Source of the DNA: Okamejei kenojei
Taxonomy: Eukaryota
Direction of reading: 5' to 3'
DNA: 64,000 bases
Assembly: GCA_035221665.1 (NCBI GenBank)
Contig: CM069165.1
Coordinates: 15,128,001 to 15,192,000, forward strand
A program made the position numbers and the translations under genes. Numbering within the stretch: position 1 is the stretch's first letter; every line of letters starts with the position of its first letter. Shown here one piece after another: positions 13,301 through 28,300 of this stretch. The notes under the pieces were generated by a model. The model had not been told where the DNA came from. It searched no databases and saw nothing but the letters and a program-made list of their open reading frames with translations.

Positions 13301-16300
13301 CCATACTCAATATTCTGGCTAATGAAGGCCAATGTGCCAAAAACCTAATTAAGCACCCTATCTACCTGTGATGCCACTTTCAACAAACTATATATCTGCA
13401 CTACAGCACTCCCCAGAGCCCTACCATTCACTGTATATGGTCTTGCCCATGTCAGTCTTCCCAAAATGTAACACCTCACATTCCTTCAACCTCTCCTTAG
13501 CCTAACTGCCCAGCCCATCAAGACCCTGCTACAATTTTGAACAACGATCTACAACTTCACTATCTACAATATCACCCATTTTCGTCTCATCTGCAAACTT
13601 GCTAATCATGCCATGTACATTCTCATCCAAATCATTAATGTAGATGATAAACAGCATTGGGCCTAGCACCGAACCCTGAAGCACACCACTAGTCACAGGC
13701 ACCAAGTGCGAAAAGCAACCTGCCACCATCACTCTCTGCTTCCTTCCATGAAGCCAATTTTCTATCCATTGAGGTATCTCTCCTTGGATCCCATGGGATC
13801 TAACCTTCCAGAGCAGCCTACCATGCAGAACCTTGTTGAATGCCTTGTCAATGCAATATTTATGGAAGAAACATAATATTAAAAAATCAAAACGTCATTA
13901 TGGGATAAATTTCCAATTTTCAGAATAATCTGCAATCATTGTGAAATATCATTAACAGTACTACTTAAGGACTTAAGAACTGATTGGGAGCTTACCACAG
14001 TGCAGCATAATGGCCAAAACCACCACAGAAGGATCAATGCCAACAGAAGGAACAAAACTAATAGTGCAATTAGAAGAATTGTTCCATCAGACTGAAAATT
14101 AAAATAAAGGATTTTGTTTTACTTGAGATGTAATGAAGTAAAATATACTATTCATTGCAATGTAACAAAACTTATACAACATGGTGAAATTATTTACAGG
14201 ACTTAGAGATGCTTGGTGTTCAGAATAAATGGTGAAAATATAGGGAATTGCTCCATGTGGCCAGGAAGAGTTAAAGAAACTTACTCTATAAAAGGAAGAT
14301 AATGAGAGAAAATAGTTGAAGATGCTTCAGAGAAGTACAAATTGTTTTGTAAGCTGAGCAAGGATGTCTTCGAGCTAAAAAGATTAAAGAAAACAAAGGC
14401 AGAAATAAGATCGAGAAAAATTAAACCTCACGAATCAAATGACAGAAGAGATAAGTAATATAGTTTTAAACAACGAGCAGTTCCTGAGATGCTAGAAACT
14501 TGAAATTTAGAAAAAAACTGAAAAACAAAAACCAGAAAATGCCAGCAATATTTCACAGATCAGTCAGTATCTGCACTGACTACAATAGTTAACTTTTTAG
14601 GCCAATTGCCCTTAATTAGATCTGAAATGTTAGTTGTTTTTTTTAATCTCAACAGATGCTTGTATACCTGCTAATTATCCCTTACATTTTTTGTTTTCTA
14701 TTAAAATGAGTTTAATTTTCGGCAGTAACAGAAAGCAGAGGGACATCACCAATTATATTTAATTGTGTTCATTAGTTTTTCTTTATTCTATCATTATCAA
14801 TAGCCATTTTCCTTCTGTTAATATTTTTATGGGGAATGCAAGAGCTATCAACAATGATCTTATTAGAAGAATAAATTATAACATCAGCATTGCTATGAAA
14901 AATAATTATTCGTACCATTTTTTTGACGTATTATTTCCCGACATTAATTTTAAATCTGTCACAAGCTACAATTCATCCAAAATGGCTTGGACACATTCTT
15001 GGACGCCCTGAAAATGCCAATATCTTATGGACTCCATGCTTCCCAGAAATAATTGTCAAATCTTACCCCTTTCAAATTATTACATTGTGCATTATAACAA
15101 TTTCTAACTATACTCTTCATCTTTATGTCCCAGTAATCTGCCTTTATTCATTTAGCAGGTCAGGTTTGTTAGTAGATTAGCTACCTGAAATTGGAGAATT
15201 CAATGTTAATACCATTAGGTTGTAAGGTACTTAAGTGGAATATGTGGTGCTGTTCCTCCAGTTTGCTTGTGGCTTCACTCTGGCAATGGCAGGGGGCCAG
15301 GATAGTAGTCAGTGTGGGAGTGAGAAGGGGAGTTAAAATGATTAGCAACTGAGAGATCTAGCAGTCCTTGATGGTGAAATGAGATTGGCGAAATGGTTTT
15401 ATAGTCAATTCTTTATATTACTCATGTAAAGAAGGCCACATCAGGAACATCCGATTCACACTCATTAAGAGCGCCATAGAGTCAGAGTGATACAGTGTGG
15501 AAATGATTTCCTTTTCACTTACACGATTTAATGCGTACTTACACAATGTGTACTGGTGATGCTGACAGAACTCGAGATGAATGTTAATCCCTGGTTCATG
15601 CTCACTTGCAGGTAAACCACCCTAAAACAAAAACGTCAATAATGATTTCAATCTTTCAATTCAACAGGTAGAATTTCAATTCAATTTGTACTGAACACTG
15701 TTCTATCAAATACAGCATATAAACAGTGCAGTGAAGTGCAAGTTTTGCAATGGAATTTCTATTACATTACATCGTGGGAATGAGGTTCCGTGTATCGAGA
15801 TTTTCCATGATCTTCAAAACCTCGTAGGTTTCTGCCTTGTGCCCCAGTTTCTTTCCACAACCAAAAATATCTGCCAGTAGGTTAATTGGCCACTGTAAGT
15901 TATCCCTTAGTTTAGGCAGGTGCCAAAAGAATCATAAAATAATTGATGGGCATATGAATAAGAATGAGCTGCAGGGAAATGTATAAATGTGGTATGGGAC
16001 TGATGAGGATTGCTTTGTTAAGAATCAGTATGGGTCCAATGGGCTGAATGTGTTAAGTTATTATAGTAAGTAAGAAACTATTTTCAGGATGCTGACTGGG
16101 CAGCTCTGGGTGGTATGAAAACAATGCCTTTCCACTGCTACAGTCTCTCATTAAGGCAATACAACAGATGAGGAGGTTGCATATTCTATTTTAAGGACAT
16201 CAAGACTATTATTTGAAATTCTTTAATTGTAAACATATAAGTTTCTCCATTACCACAGAAAACTATAACATTTATTCCCATTACTAGAGATGCAGTAAAG

Positions 16301-19300
16301 GAAACATTAAAATGACTTGGGTTAATATTCAGTCTCAACAAACACACCTACAGGAAACCGCAATTCCACTCTGTCCAGAATTTCCAGTTAAGCACTAATT
16401 TAGATATCTGGTTAAGCAGAGACTGTGCATAAAGCTGAGTTCACCTCATTTTTTACTGTCTTCACTGTGATATTTAGTTTCTTGCCAGCAATGTCTTCAT
16501 AATTCAATTTTGGATTAATACTGTCACGTGGAACTGCATCTGGTTTTGATCACTTGAACATGTTCATGAATGAATTTTACAACTTTAGCAGACAGTACAT
16601 TGGCCAAAATGTTAACTACTGTTTAAGAATGAATCTGAAACATTGACATCAACATTTATCCTAAAGAGTCACTACCACTAAACCTACGGCATTATTCTTT
16701 TATCAAACTTTGCATTCTATTTTTTTCAATTTATTTTATGCTCTTCCATTTAAGGCCACTGTGAAGCTCACCTCATGTTACCTGTGCTAAACATATTTTT
16801 CAGCAAATTTCCATATAAAAACACTTCTCCTAACTGATTTTATAATCCGCTTGATGATATTTTAAAGGTGCTGCTCTTTCATTACTGATTCCTAAGGGAA
16901 TGTTTTTTCGCCATTCATCCTATTAATATCCTGTTAAAATCTTTCATAATCATCTTTATATGTGATATTCTTTAGTCTGGTAGAAGTAACTACAATTTTA
17001 AATCTCATTATTTCTTGCCCTATTGAACAGTGTTTTCTTCAGTTTCAATGCCTTTTCAATAATGACTCAGAAACTCACTTTATATTTTAAATGTAGCCTT
17101 GCTGGTTTATTTAATCATTAAGCAATCTAAATATTACATCACCTATCTGCATTCACAGTTTATTGACATTGTATGTTTAGACCTATATTTTCTTGAATTT
17201 ATCATCTGATGGGAGTTTGTTCTTCCATTCCTGGCTTTATTTAGTAGTATTTAATTTCTTGCATCTGCCTGTCTATTCTATTAACATTTCAACATATTGG
17301 AGATTATTTTTATAATTGTCTTCTTTGTTGTTTGTCAACCATCTTTTTTTAAGGTATTTTTCAAAATATCTTCCTTTTCATTTCCAAATCATCAATATAT
17401 CTCTCAAATTAACTCAGTAACTATTGTATGCCTGATAACTCAATTCATCACAACCTCATTTCTTGTTATCAAACAGTTTTCCATTAATACAGCACATTTT
17501 GTCAAATTATGTAACTGAAATACAACCTTATTCTTTCTGAAATTTGTAAAAAATAAAGTAAATATTTATTAACAAAGTAGAATTTAACGCTGGCCAGAGT
17601 GCAAAATGAATGTCACAGTCACATGTCATGTGTTCTACTCAGTCTTGAGAAAGATCATTGTGTGAATGACCTATCGTGTATACTCAATACCATTCTCAAA
17701 ACTTTTATTCTCCAGGCATATAATCCTTCTTTAGCTCATCCCTCCTTAATTATTCTATATTTTTATATGATTCTTGAATCTTTGCCATTTTCCTCCTCAG
17801 AAGGGACAGACACCCAATGACTAACAGTTGCAGTCGAAGATCAAACTGCTACAGTATAAATTTGGATTTCTCTTATTACTACTGTAGGCACTAATGTGTA
17901 AAGAACCGGTATGAACCCAATGGGTTTAACGGTCTCTTGAGTCATTTTCAGTCAGTAGTGATGAGCATAATCAATGATTGTATATGATTAGTCTGACCAG
18001 GATTGCTGAACAGGAATTGTTGTATTATTCTTATAACTCGGAATTTGTTCTAGTAATAATTACATTTAATTGAAAGCATTTCACATGATACAACAATCAT
18101 AGTGCATTACTCACATTCCAACTTCATCTATCACCGGAGCAGGGCAGAGTAAATAATTATCCTCCACAACAAGAGGTTTCTCAGCTAAAAATGATAAATA
18201 TTTGTTAGTGCTGGACTTTATTAATTGTGAATATGTCAAAAAGCAATCAAAATGTACTCGGAGCAATATAGCATGTTGCGGTGTAAATTTTTATTCAACG
18301 TGAATAATCCTGGGATATTTTGCTGAGTTAAAGGCAGGAGTTACTATTGGCTCATCAATAAAATATTTTAGGTGGTGCACAAAGAAAAATCAAGTTACTT
18401 CACCATTCATTAGTTTATGAATGTTGCTGTCATAGAGGTGTTGCGAAAACTATTACTGGTTTTAGGGCTAATTCACTGTGAGGCCATTTCTGTTCTGGTC
18501 ATGGTGCTGCATGTGCACATGATACTCTTGCTGAGGGCCCTTTCACCTCAGAAAAAAATCCTTGTCATTGTACTTCAAACCAGAAGTAATAAAGCCCTTT
18601 GGCAGCACCTCCCAAACCTCTAACTTTCACAGCCAAGAAGGATGAAGGCAGTAGACAGATGGCCACGCCATCACCCAAGGGTTCCCAATTTGCTCCTGGA
18701 AACTTATCACAGCTGGGTCCAAGTTCGGGAACTCATCACTCAACAACTTTTGAGCTGCTTTTATTGTGAGAAGTTCAGCATCTCAAAATGGTGGTTCACC
18801 ACAATCTTCAAAAAGGGGAATTATGAATGGGCAATAATAGCTGCCCATGTCAACCACATCCAGATCCTGAAAAAATGAATAAAACTCTATTTGGAAATGC
18901 AGAATGAAAGTGAGAATCTCATGGTGAGGAAGTTGAGAATCTATGTAACTTTAATCTTCACAGAAAAGGCAGTCCAGTCACAAGACTGTGATTGAGGTCC
19001 TCCTGAAGAATGTCATATATCTCAGTGATGACAGCATAGGAAAAAACAGAGGCTGTGAATATATTCCTCATCAAAGAGGGCCAGTTGGGATGTGGTGCCT
19101 CTGAGGATTCTGCGGCTGGAGGCTCTTCACTGATGAGCATGTCTTTGCCTCAGTCCACTTGGCCACATGAAGTGGTCAGTCATGGCCATGGCAATGGTAA
19201 TCCACCTCAGCAGTGAAAAGGAAAAACACTTCCCATTCATTGCAATGCACTCAGTTTGAAATTATTCTTTGATTAACTAATGGCAGTCGGGTTGGCAATC

Positions 19301-22300
19301 AAAGGATGCAGGTTTAAGGTAATTGACAAAATATTATAGAAGATGCAAGGTGATATTTGTCCTGCAATATTGTGGTAATCTATATTGCATTACTAAAATG
19401 ATAATGTACACAGATTCAAAAATAATTTTCAAATGAGAATTAGCTTAAAACTTTAGTGGAAAAATGCACACACTCACTATGGGAGCACATCTGGGGAAAT
19501 GGACAACTTATTAAGTCGACACTGATTAAAGTACCATTGACCATTGATGTGAGAGGATGAATGCCCTTTTCCTGTGCCATTTTTTCCACTGATATGACCC
19601 TTTTTCTTCTTTTACTACTTCAAACAATATAAAATGTCAGTAATTTGTTATTCTTGCTTATAGACCCCAAAGCCAAACTACTGGCAAACATGCTTAAGTT
19701 TCAAATACAGATTCAAATGTTATAGCTGCAGAAATCTGAGCTTTGATGTTGAATCCTTTACAAATAGTAACATAATAATCAGATAAATTTACAACAAAAA
19801 TGTGATTGTCAAAAATGAGCATTTTCTGACTGCTTTAATTTTCCTTGTTCATTCATGTTCTGCTCACTGAAAAGCAAGGAAAGGTTCATCCAACCAGTAT
19901 TTCCATTTGTTACGTGAATGCAACTCTTCAGCTGACTTGCCAGAAGGTAAGCTTGAGTAGTTGAAAGGAAGTCCCTTGAGAAATTTTCCTCCTACCCTCA
20001 AATGACCTTGCCTAGACTAGCAGACTTAGCTTCTGGAGAATTCCTTTGTGGAAAAGTAGGACAAAGCTGGGCTTTGAATGGAGGCTCTCAAACTGAGTGA
20101 ATCAATATCTTGGTGAAATAGTCTGAGATCATTATGTGATCAAATCAATAATCTTCAGAATGACATGGAGGTTACTGAATCGAGAGTGAAAGTAAAAAAA
20201 TAACAATTGTCCATTATGGCAGATATTGAAAAAAACTGTTTAGTTATGCTTAAAATTGGAACAATCCTTAGTAAACTGGGATGTTTTAATATATTTTGTT
20301 TTACGTAAATGTAAAAGCAATCATGATCATGATCATGAATTTTAATCTTATATTAGATCTATATGTTTAATTATGTTTGGTTATCCAATTATAAATTAGG
20401 TATTAAGAAATATATCTTTGTGAAATCGGAAATGTCAATCGCTGCTTACTGCCCGATTACAAAACATATTTGCCATCCTGCCTGAATAGATGAAAGCAAG
20501 ATGACGGTCCTAATTTTAGCAATAATCATGTGTGAATCATCAGACTAAATACAGTAGAGTTATTGTTTAAGAAATCTCAAGACTGAAAATTGTAGGTTAT
20601 AAATTTAGAACTGTACTTACTTATCACCTCTGTGTCATTTATCTTGAAGCTGCAAAGAACTTGATCAACGCTCCGTGCATGGGAAAATCCATTGCCTCTT
20701 ACCACAACCTGATACGATTCTGTGACAATAGCAAATTAACATGAATATTACAACTGTCTATCAACACTGAAACAAAAATTAATTAAATATTTAAAATGCA
20801 GATATTTGTATTGAGACTTGTTTGAGAATCGCATTACATGTGAAGATTCATTGGAGTCATAAATAAAACACAAACTCAAGCTTGAACACACCATGTAGTA
20901 ATGGATTCTCTACCAATATCCAGTGAATGCAGCTGAAAATTCAATGTGTTCCTAACATCGCCTAATGGAACTTATTTGTGTTTCTTTATGTTGTGTCAAC
21001 ACAATTTGAATTTATGCGCCATTCCCAAAAGAACTCTGATTCTGAATGTTTTAAGCAAGCATGTTAATGCGACCAATTCAATTTTTTTATTTCTAGTTAT
21101 CAGTAGATAACTTTTTAATATGAGCTTGCCATGGCACATTTAATAATCTTTGATTTCAGCACTGCATTCATTTTAGAAGTTGTGTTATTTATTTGAAACA
21201 TATATCAAGTACAAATTTTAACTGACTTTAAATGTCGATACTTTTGGAGTTTACATATTCAATTTATATTTCTTAAAATTTGGACGACCAAAGCTGTTCA
21301 TCATTGTAGATCGAATTTAGTTAAATATGTCTGGAAAAGGGAATTACATGAGAAAGTAAAATAAGGTTTTGGAGTTCTGCAGCATTTTTCTTGATTTAGG
21401 TGATTCCAAATACCTTAGATCCAATTAAGTTATTTAATGAGTAATCAAGTTGTAACAAAGAAAATTTCAAAATTGTAGTTTTTGATATTAAGCATTATTG
21501 CCCAAGACAGGGAACAACTACCTAGTTCTTCAAACTAGTGCCAAGAGACCATTAGAAATACCTGGGGTGTTATAGGGAGATTAATTTAATAATTTATTTA
21601 AAATACTGCACCTCAAATAATGCAGGACTCCATCAGTATCCCACCAGAGTGATATAATAATTTGACTCAAAGGTAAGAGTTCTATAGCTGGTTGAGATGA
21701 TTTAAATTAGGTCTGGTATCTCTTTTCCCTTGAACAAAAGCAGTATATAGATGTAATCAATCCTACCAATAAAATACATTTGATTAGTCACAACACCGTG
21801 TTTAAAGAAGCCAAACTAGAGTTGTAAAAGCCTGAGTATGGTCTGTCACTTCAGTTTATTATTTATATGGATCATGTTTTCTATCAAAAAAAGACACAAA
21901 GCATATTGTGCAGCCTACTTCATACAGTGATTCAACATGTCAATACATCGAAAGGAGTTTTAGCTATCTTTTCATTAAAAAGCAAAGATGACCTAAAGTG
22001 GATGTGGGCCTTTACTGACTGGGGCAGGAGAATAAGGATACAAAAATGCAAATAACCAAATACTGAAGATAGACACAAATGCTGGAGTCACTCAGCGGGA
22101 CAGGCAGCATCTCTGAAGAGAAGGTATGGGTGACGTTTCGGGTCAAAACCTTACTTCAGACTTCCGAACAATATTTCAGTATTTGCAAACAATTACTGTG
22201 TGCCTGTCGTCCTGGAAAAGAACACCAAAAACTTCCCAATATGTGATGGGAACTATAGGTGAGAATAAAGAATATAAAATAAATTAATATTGGGAAAATA

Positions 22301-25300
22301 AAACGTAATGGAGAAATTTCATGGAATTTAAAGATAATAAATCCCCAGAACTGATGACTAAAGATTCCTAAGATTTCAGATGAGGGGGTTATTGAAAAGA
22401 TGGATGCTCCATTTGTCATGTTCCAAAATCCAACAAATTTAAAGATTTTTAACAGATTTGTTGGGGACAAATGTAATCTTACAATCTAAAAAAGATTACT
22501 TGGAGAAAATAGGAACTTTAGACCATCTAACCTAAAGGGGCTGTCCCACTTAGGCGACCCTAATTAGAGAGTTTAGAAGAGTTTAGGAGAGTTTGAAAAA
22601 ATGTCATGTTGAAGGCCTCCTTCAACTATGTAGAAGACCTCCTTCGACTACCTTGAAGACCGGCTTCGACTAGCTATAACTAACTTCGGGAAAATTGGAC
22701 ACCGAGTAGTGGAGAGTGAAGACGACCTCCTTCGATCTCCTTCGACCTCCCTTCGACTATGATGAAGACTATCTACGACTACCTTTGATTACCCTCAATT
22801 ACCTATTACTAACATGCTGACCTACTACGACTAAACCTACGAGTAAAAAAAGTATTGATTTTTTCCATGGCGACCTTTTTTTACTCGTGGGCATTTTTCA
22901 ACACATTGAAAAATACGCCGCGACCTAGCTGAGGCCACAAGTACGCGGGGACTACTCTCGAGCATGAAGGAGAGTTACAAAGACCTCCTACGACCATGTG
23001 TCGACCATGCTGTGAGTGTGAGTCGAGGGAAAACTCGGCAGAACTTGCGGATTAGGTCGCCCAAGTGGAATAGCCCTTTAAAACAAGTAGTAGGGAAAAT
23101 ATAGGGTGAATCATGTTCTGAAGAAGGGTCTCGACCCAAAACGTCGCCCATTCCTTCTCTCCAGAGATGCTGCCTGTCCCGCTGAAATGATCCGATGTGG
23201 TGCTGCAAGATAATCCACGTGCAGGGTTTTAGCAATATACCTCTTGATATGGCTTCAGACAGAAAACAGAGAGTAGAATAACCAGATGATATATGACCAG
23301 GATCCCTAAGATTACTTTAGATGATAGATTTCTAGGAAAATAATGAGGGGTCAACAGGAGTGGATAGAGCTTAGATTAATGTGGTCATATGAATTGGGTG
23401 AAAGGGATCACTCATTCCACATGATCCACTCATTCCTATCTCATAGGAAAATAAGTCCAAATTCCCACGAGCTTAATGAATTCGAAGACCTAAGATTTAT
23501 TTTGTACATATTATGTTTTTTTTTCATTCTACAATTAGCGTAATGTTAAGGGTAAATATATGAAGATTGACAAATGGAAGCCCAATTTCAGTTATTTTTC
23601 ATGAGCTGCTTGGGAGACTATATTGTGTTAAATACTTTCTTTGGTGCCACTTATAGAGTCATAGAGTCACTTTAAAGAGAGTTACATCCTGTAGGTCACT
23701 TGCTTGCGTAGCTTTAAATTATATATTTGCATCCAAGTACCATCACAGTTTTATTTCATTACCAAAAATGGGTTTGCTATAATGTTCCACATTTCATAGT
23801 ATTAACTTTAATATTTCTCACGATGGACCAATTGAAACAGTTTTAGTCCATAATTAAAACTGTGTTGTCTTACGTTATAAGATGATTATAATTAATAGCA
23901 GTAGAATGAAATTCTTATTTAGAATATTTAAGAAATATTAATAAATAAGGATGTTAGTGTTTATAATGCAAATTTAACAATCTCAGGAAAACAAATTAAA
24001 AAATGGCTGGCACAAGACAAATAAAGCTATGAGTACAGAAAACAGTGAACTGCCCTCTTGTTAATGTCACAGGGTTTAATCACGTCATTATAGCTTACAT
24101 CTATTGCTCTTCTGATGTCTCACTTGCCATGTCAGCCGAGGTATAACGCAAAACCTCCATTCTGTCAGCTAGCAACCAGCTCAATTCTTGAATAACAAGT
24201 CATTACAATAAAGTATTCCAGTTTAATTTTACATTAATTTCTTCTCTTGTTCAAACTTATAGACCTGCTTACAAATCAAATTCTTACTCGTGCCCAGCTG
24301 CATGTGATTATTATGAAAGCTGAATGCCGAAATGGCTAATTCTATTTAATTTCAGTTTCTGACTGTGACCGAGTCCTTTTCTTCCTTAGTTACTGTCAGA
24401 TTGTACATTTGTCGATTTTGACAAGATAGCGAAGGGAAAAAGGTCAACTCTGAAATAATCAGGCAGCGCTGGCAGCGAGATGGTGGGTTGAAGCTGGTGC
24501 GCGCTGGCTGTGCTGTCGGCTTTGCTTTTGTTACTCTGATGAGAAGCTGACTGTTTGCATCCACACCTGGTAGTTGACGTGGCCAGTAGGATGCCACATC
24601 CAGCAAAACCTTTCAATCATGTCTATGTACCATGAATATAATCAAAGCAATGATGCTGTCAGCTTATATAAAATGCACCTCCAACTCCAAATTGATGGCC
24701 TGTTTACAGGCTGCACGTCCTGGTCATTTTAAATCAGCCTTATTACCAAGATATCAGCATGTTACTCTATATCAGGAACTGCAGTATGCAAATGTTGACC
24801 ATGAATCCATCAGTGTAGAGGCAGGAAGCATGAAGTGGCATGTAAGGAAACCAGTGATATCTTCACACATGCCCGTCACAATTCAGGAATGGCAACTTGT
24901 ATTATATTTCAGCTCTCTTGGTTCACTCTCTACATTGTCTACATAAATGTTTAGCAAAGCAGAATTTTATGAACCCTAACAAAGATTTTATATCAAGTTG
25001 TCCAAATATTTAAATATCATTCACAAAAAGGAAAAATAATATTAATTGGACAATCATTTACTCATTATGTCGCTGATTTTTTGTTATAGCTTTCAATACA
25101 TATGTCCAATCAATTTTATAACCGAATATAGACATTACCAGTGAATGTTTAATGTGAGTGGATTGATGCATGTCCGTTTCATAGTCTTGAAATTGTTAGA
25201 ATAAGCAATATATATATTCCACGAACATGGAAAACGTGTACTGGCAACTGCTAAAAGTTTTATGGAAAAAAAACATTTTCCTGCGGTGACTGAAATTATT

Positions 25301-28300
25301 TGAGTGATTGAAGTCTTAAATTTTAATGATTAAACCAAGTAATTTTAACCAAAGCGAACAGTTGGAATGTTAATCAATAAATGAGGAGAAACAGGGTGGA
25401 GACTTAAAACCATTGTTTTTCTCAATATTGTAAATTTCCACACTCAATGGGTTGGTTCAAAATTAGCCTTAAATAGTTATCACCATTATTTATTTATTGA
25501 CATCATTTAGAGGAGGTACATAAACTATATTTTGTCGATACATAATTTGCATTTATATAAATATTTATTGTAATATTTAAGTTACCAAAACTATAATGAT
25601 AGTTTTTATTTAGAGTAAATGTAGATAAGCAATTCCTGTTTTATTTTAATCAAATTATTCTTAATTAGGCCATTTAAATGGACATTAAGGATTATTTTCA
25701 GACAATTATTGATGAAACATTTTACCATTGATAAAAGGGAATAATTTTCTGCGCAGCACAGGATAGACAGGAATATAATAAATTGCTGGTTTCATGCTAT
25801 GGAAAGCTTTTGGTCAGAAAAGTCTCGACCCAAAACATCACCTATTCATTTTCTGCAGAGATGTTGTCTGTCCCACTGAGTTACTCCATCTTGTTGTGTT
25901 TATCTTCTTTATGAATTTTCAATTACTTACTTTGGAGGGAGAAAGGGAAATATTTCAGGACTTTGTCTCAAATGAGTTAGGTGGAATACATGTTAAAATT
26001 TATGTTGTTTAATTTCATAAAACAAATGATTTGGTAATCACATGATTTACTATCATCCAATTAATGCCCAAATAAACCTCAGATTGGGGAAACTAAACAA
26101 TGGGATTGATAGTTTAAATCAGCTTTGTGGAGATCATACTTTATAGCATAACATTTTGACCTTTGTGACTAACAACTCGGGCAATAGCTAAGGTAAAGAA
26201 AGCCTCCAGCATAAATTATAGCACACATTACTTTGACTGCAGTGCATGTGTGTTTAAGATGTACCTTGCTGTCAATTGAATGATAAACTACAAACCAAAA
26301 CCTTATGTTAGCACTTGATGTAAACCATACTGAAATATTTACAGGAACCAACTGAAAAACAGCTGTTAACACATATACTACTTTAATACAATTATTGGCT
26401 GTGAACAGATCAGCCGAACCCCATTTTATGGATTTTTTCCACTGATAGTTAAGTCTATATCTCTTACTTGCTTATAGTTTTTTTTATATTAATGATATGA
26501 TGATCATAACAGCAATCTTATAACCCTTCGAAAAGTAACCTGAGGTTGCTAATTAGGAAATATTGTAGTTTTTCAGAAGCTAGGAACATAAACCTGATCG
26601 CAAACAAGGTATGCAGCAAAGGTTGAATTCATTATTCATCCAAACACTATTTGTGCCTTGAAATGAAAGATCACATACTTGCTATTATTAAATATTTTAT
26701 CTAGATAGACACATTTCATAAATTCTAGGAGCAGAATTAGGCCATTCGGCCTATCAAGTCGACTCCACCATTCAACCATAGCTGATCTACCTTACTCTCT
26801 AAACCCAATTTTCTCCTGCCTTTGCCCCTCAACCCCATATCCCTCATTCCACATGCCTCGCCATCCACAGTTGTGTGTTTCATGCAATCTATTGCACGCT
26901 TCAAACACAAGCCAATTTATGTGTTTCGTGTTTTACTTTTAGAACTGAAAGCTTAGAAGAATAAACAAGTAGCTAAAATTATCAGGAACTGTGTGTTGAA
27001 TAGTTACCTGTGAGCATGTTTGGGATTGATCCAAAGATAAAAGTGTTGGAACAGTTTCTTGACAAAGCAGTTAAGAACTCAGTTTTAAAGTGCCATCATA
27101 TGAATGAGGCAAAGCCTGTTAAGATTTTACAATAAAATCAACATTTTTGAATTACCTCAATGTTTTTTTAATCAAATCATTTACTGATGCTTTGACTTTT
27201 ATCAGAAATTAATACCTACCTCCTGCACAGACACTTGATGGTTCAACTGCTAGAATTTCAATGCAAGATTTCTTAAGAATCTGTTAAGACAGTAAGTATG
27301 AAAATATTTTGGTGCTTATTTGTGATTTGAACAACAGAGAGATTTTAAAAAAAAGTCTTTTTACATTCATTTTTTCTGAGTAAACTGAAGAAAATAATTT
27401 TCTTTATCAATTTCATCAGCACCACTGTAGAAAAAAACACCATGCTTTAGACCTACCGAATCAATAATGCTTCCTAATGCTTGAAATCCACCCGTTACTG
27501 GGAACACATGATTGATGCTGTCAGCAATTCTGGCTAACTAGAAAAGAAAGTCTTTGGTTAGATAATAATTAAATTGATGCAGACTGCCAGTTCTTTTCCC
27601 ATTATTCAGTGGAGTTTACAATGAACACTCAAAACAAAACATACAAATAATATGCAGGTATTTTTAAGCTACGTCCCTGAACAAAGGTCGAAACAAAATA
27701 TGTTGCAAGTAGGATTTCATGACATGTCATTTCTTGGCCCATTGGCACTGCACTGCCAAGACCACTGCCAATACTTACTAGTGTTCATTAACACACCATC
27801 ACGCCCTTCCAACCATCTACAAACATGTTTTTTTTTAAATTTATATTTGTTTTTTGTGCATCCAGAAAATTTGGATGATTCAATGCTAATTTATGTTTTT
27901 TGTATAACTACCGATGTGGAAAAGAATACACAAACTGCAGCATCATTCCTGCAAAATAGAAATGATCTCTTTGCCTGCTTGTCTTTTTTGCAATATTTTC
28001 AGTGATTGCCCGAAGTACACGTTAACTCTCTCAATGCATTCACTGAGAAAGTTACTGCGTCAATAATCCTGTATTAGGTCTTAAATTATGAAGGTTGCTA
28101 AAACAGGAACATAGTGGCTAAAGCACAATAGAGGGATAGATTAGAGAAAACACGGTTAACCATCAACATCTCTCCTCTGCCTTGGTCCTTGCCATGGGTG
28201 TGGCGTTAGTGATCTTTGAGACGCGTAATGTAAATTTGATTTTGGATAAATAAATTTTAAAACAGTGTACATTGTACCTGAGTTTCATTGAAATCTTTCA

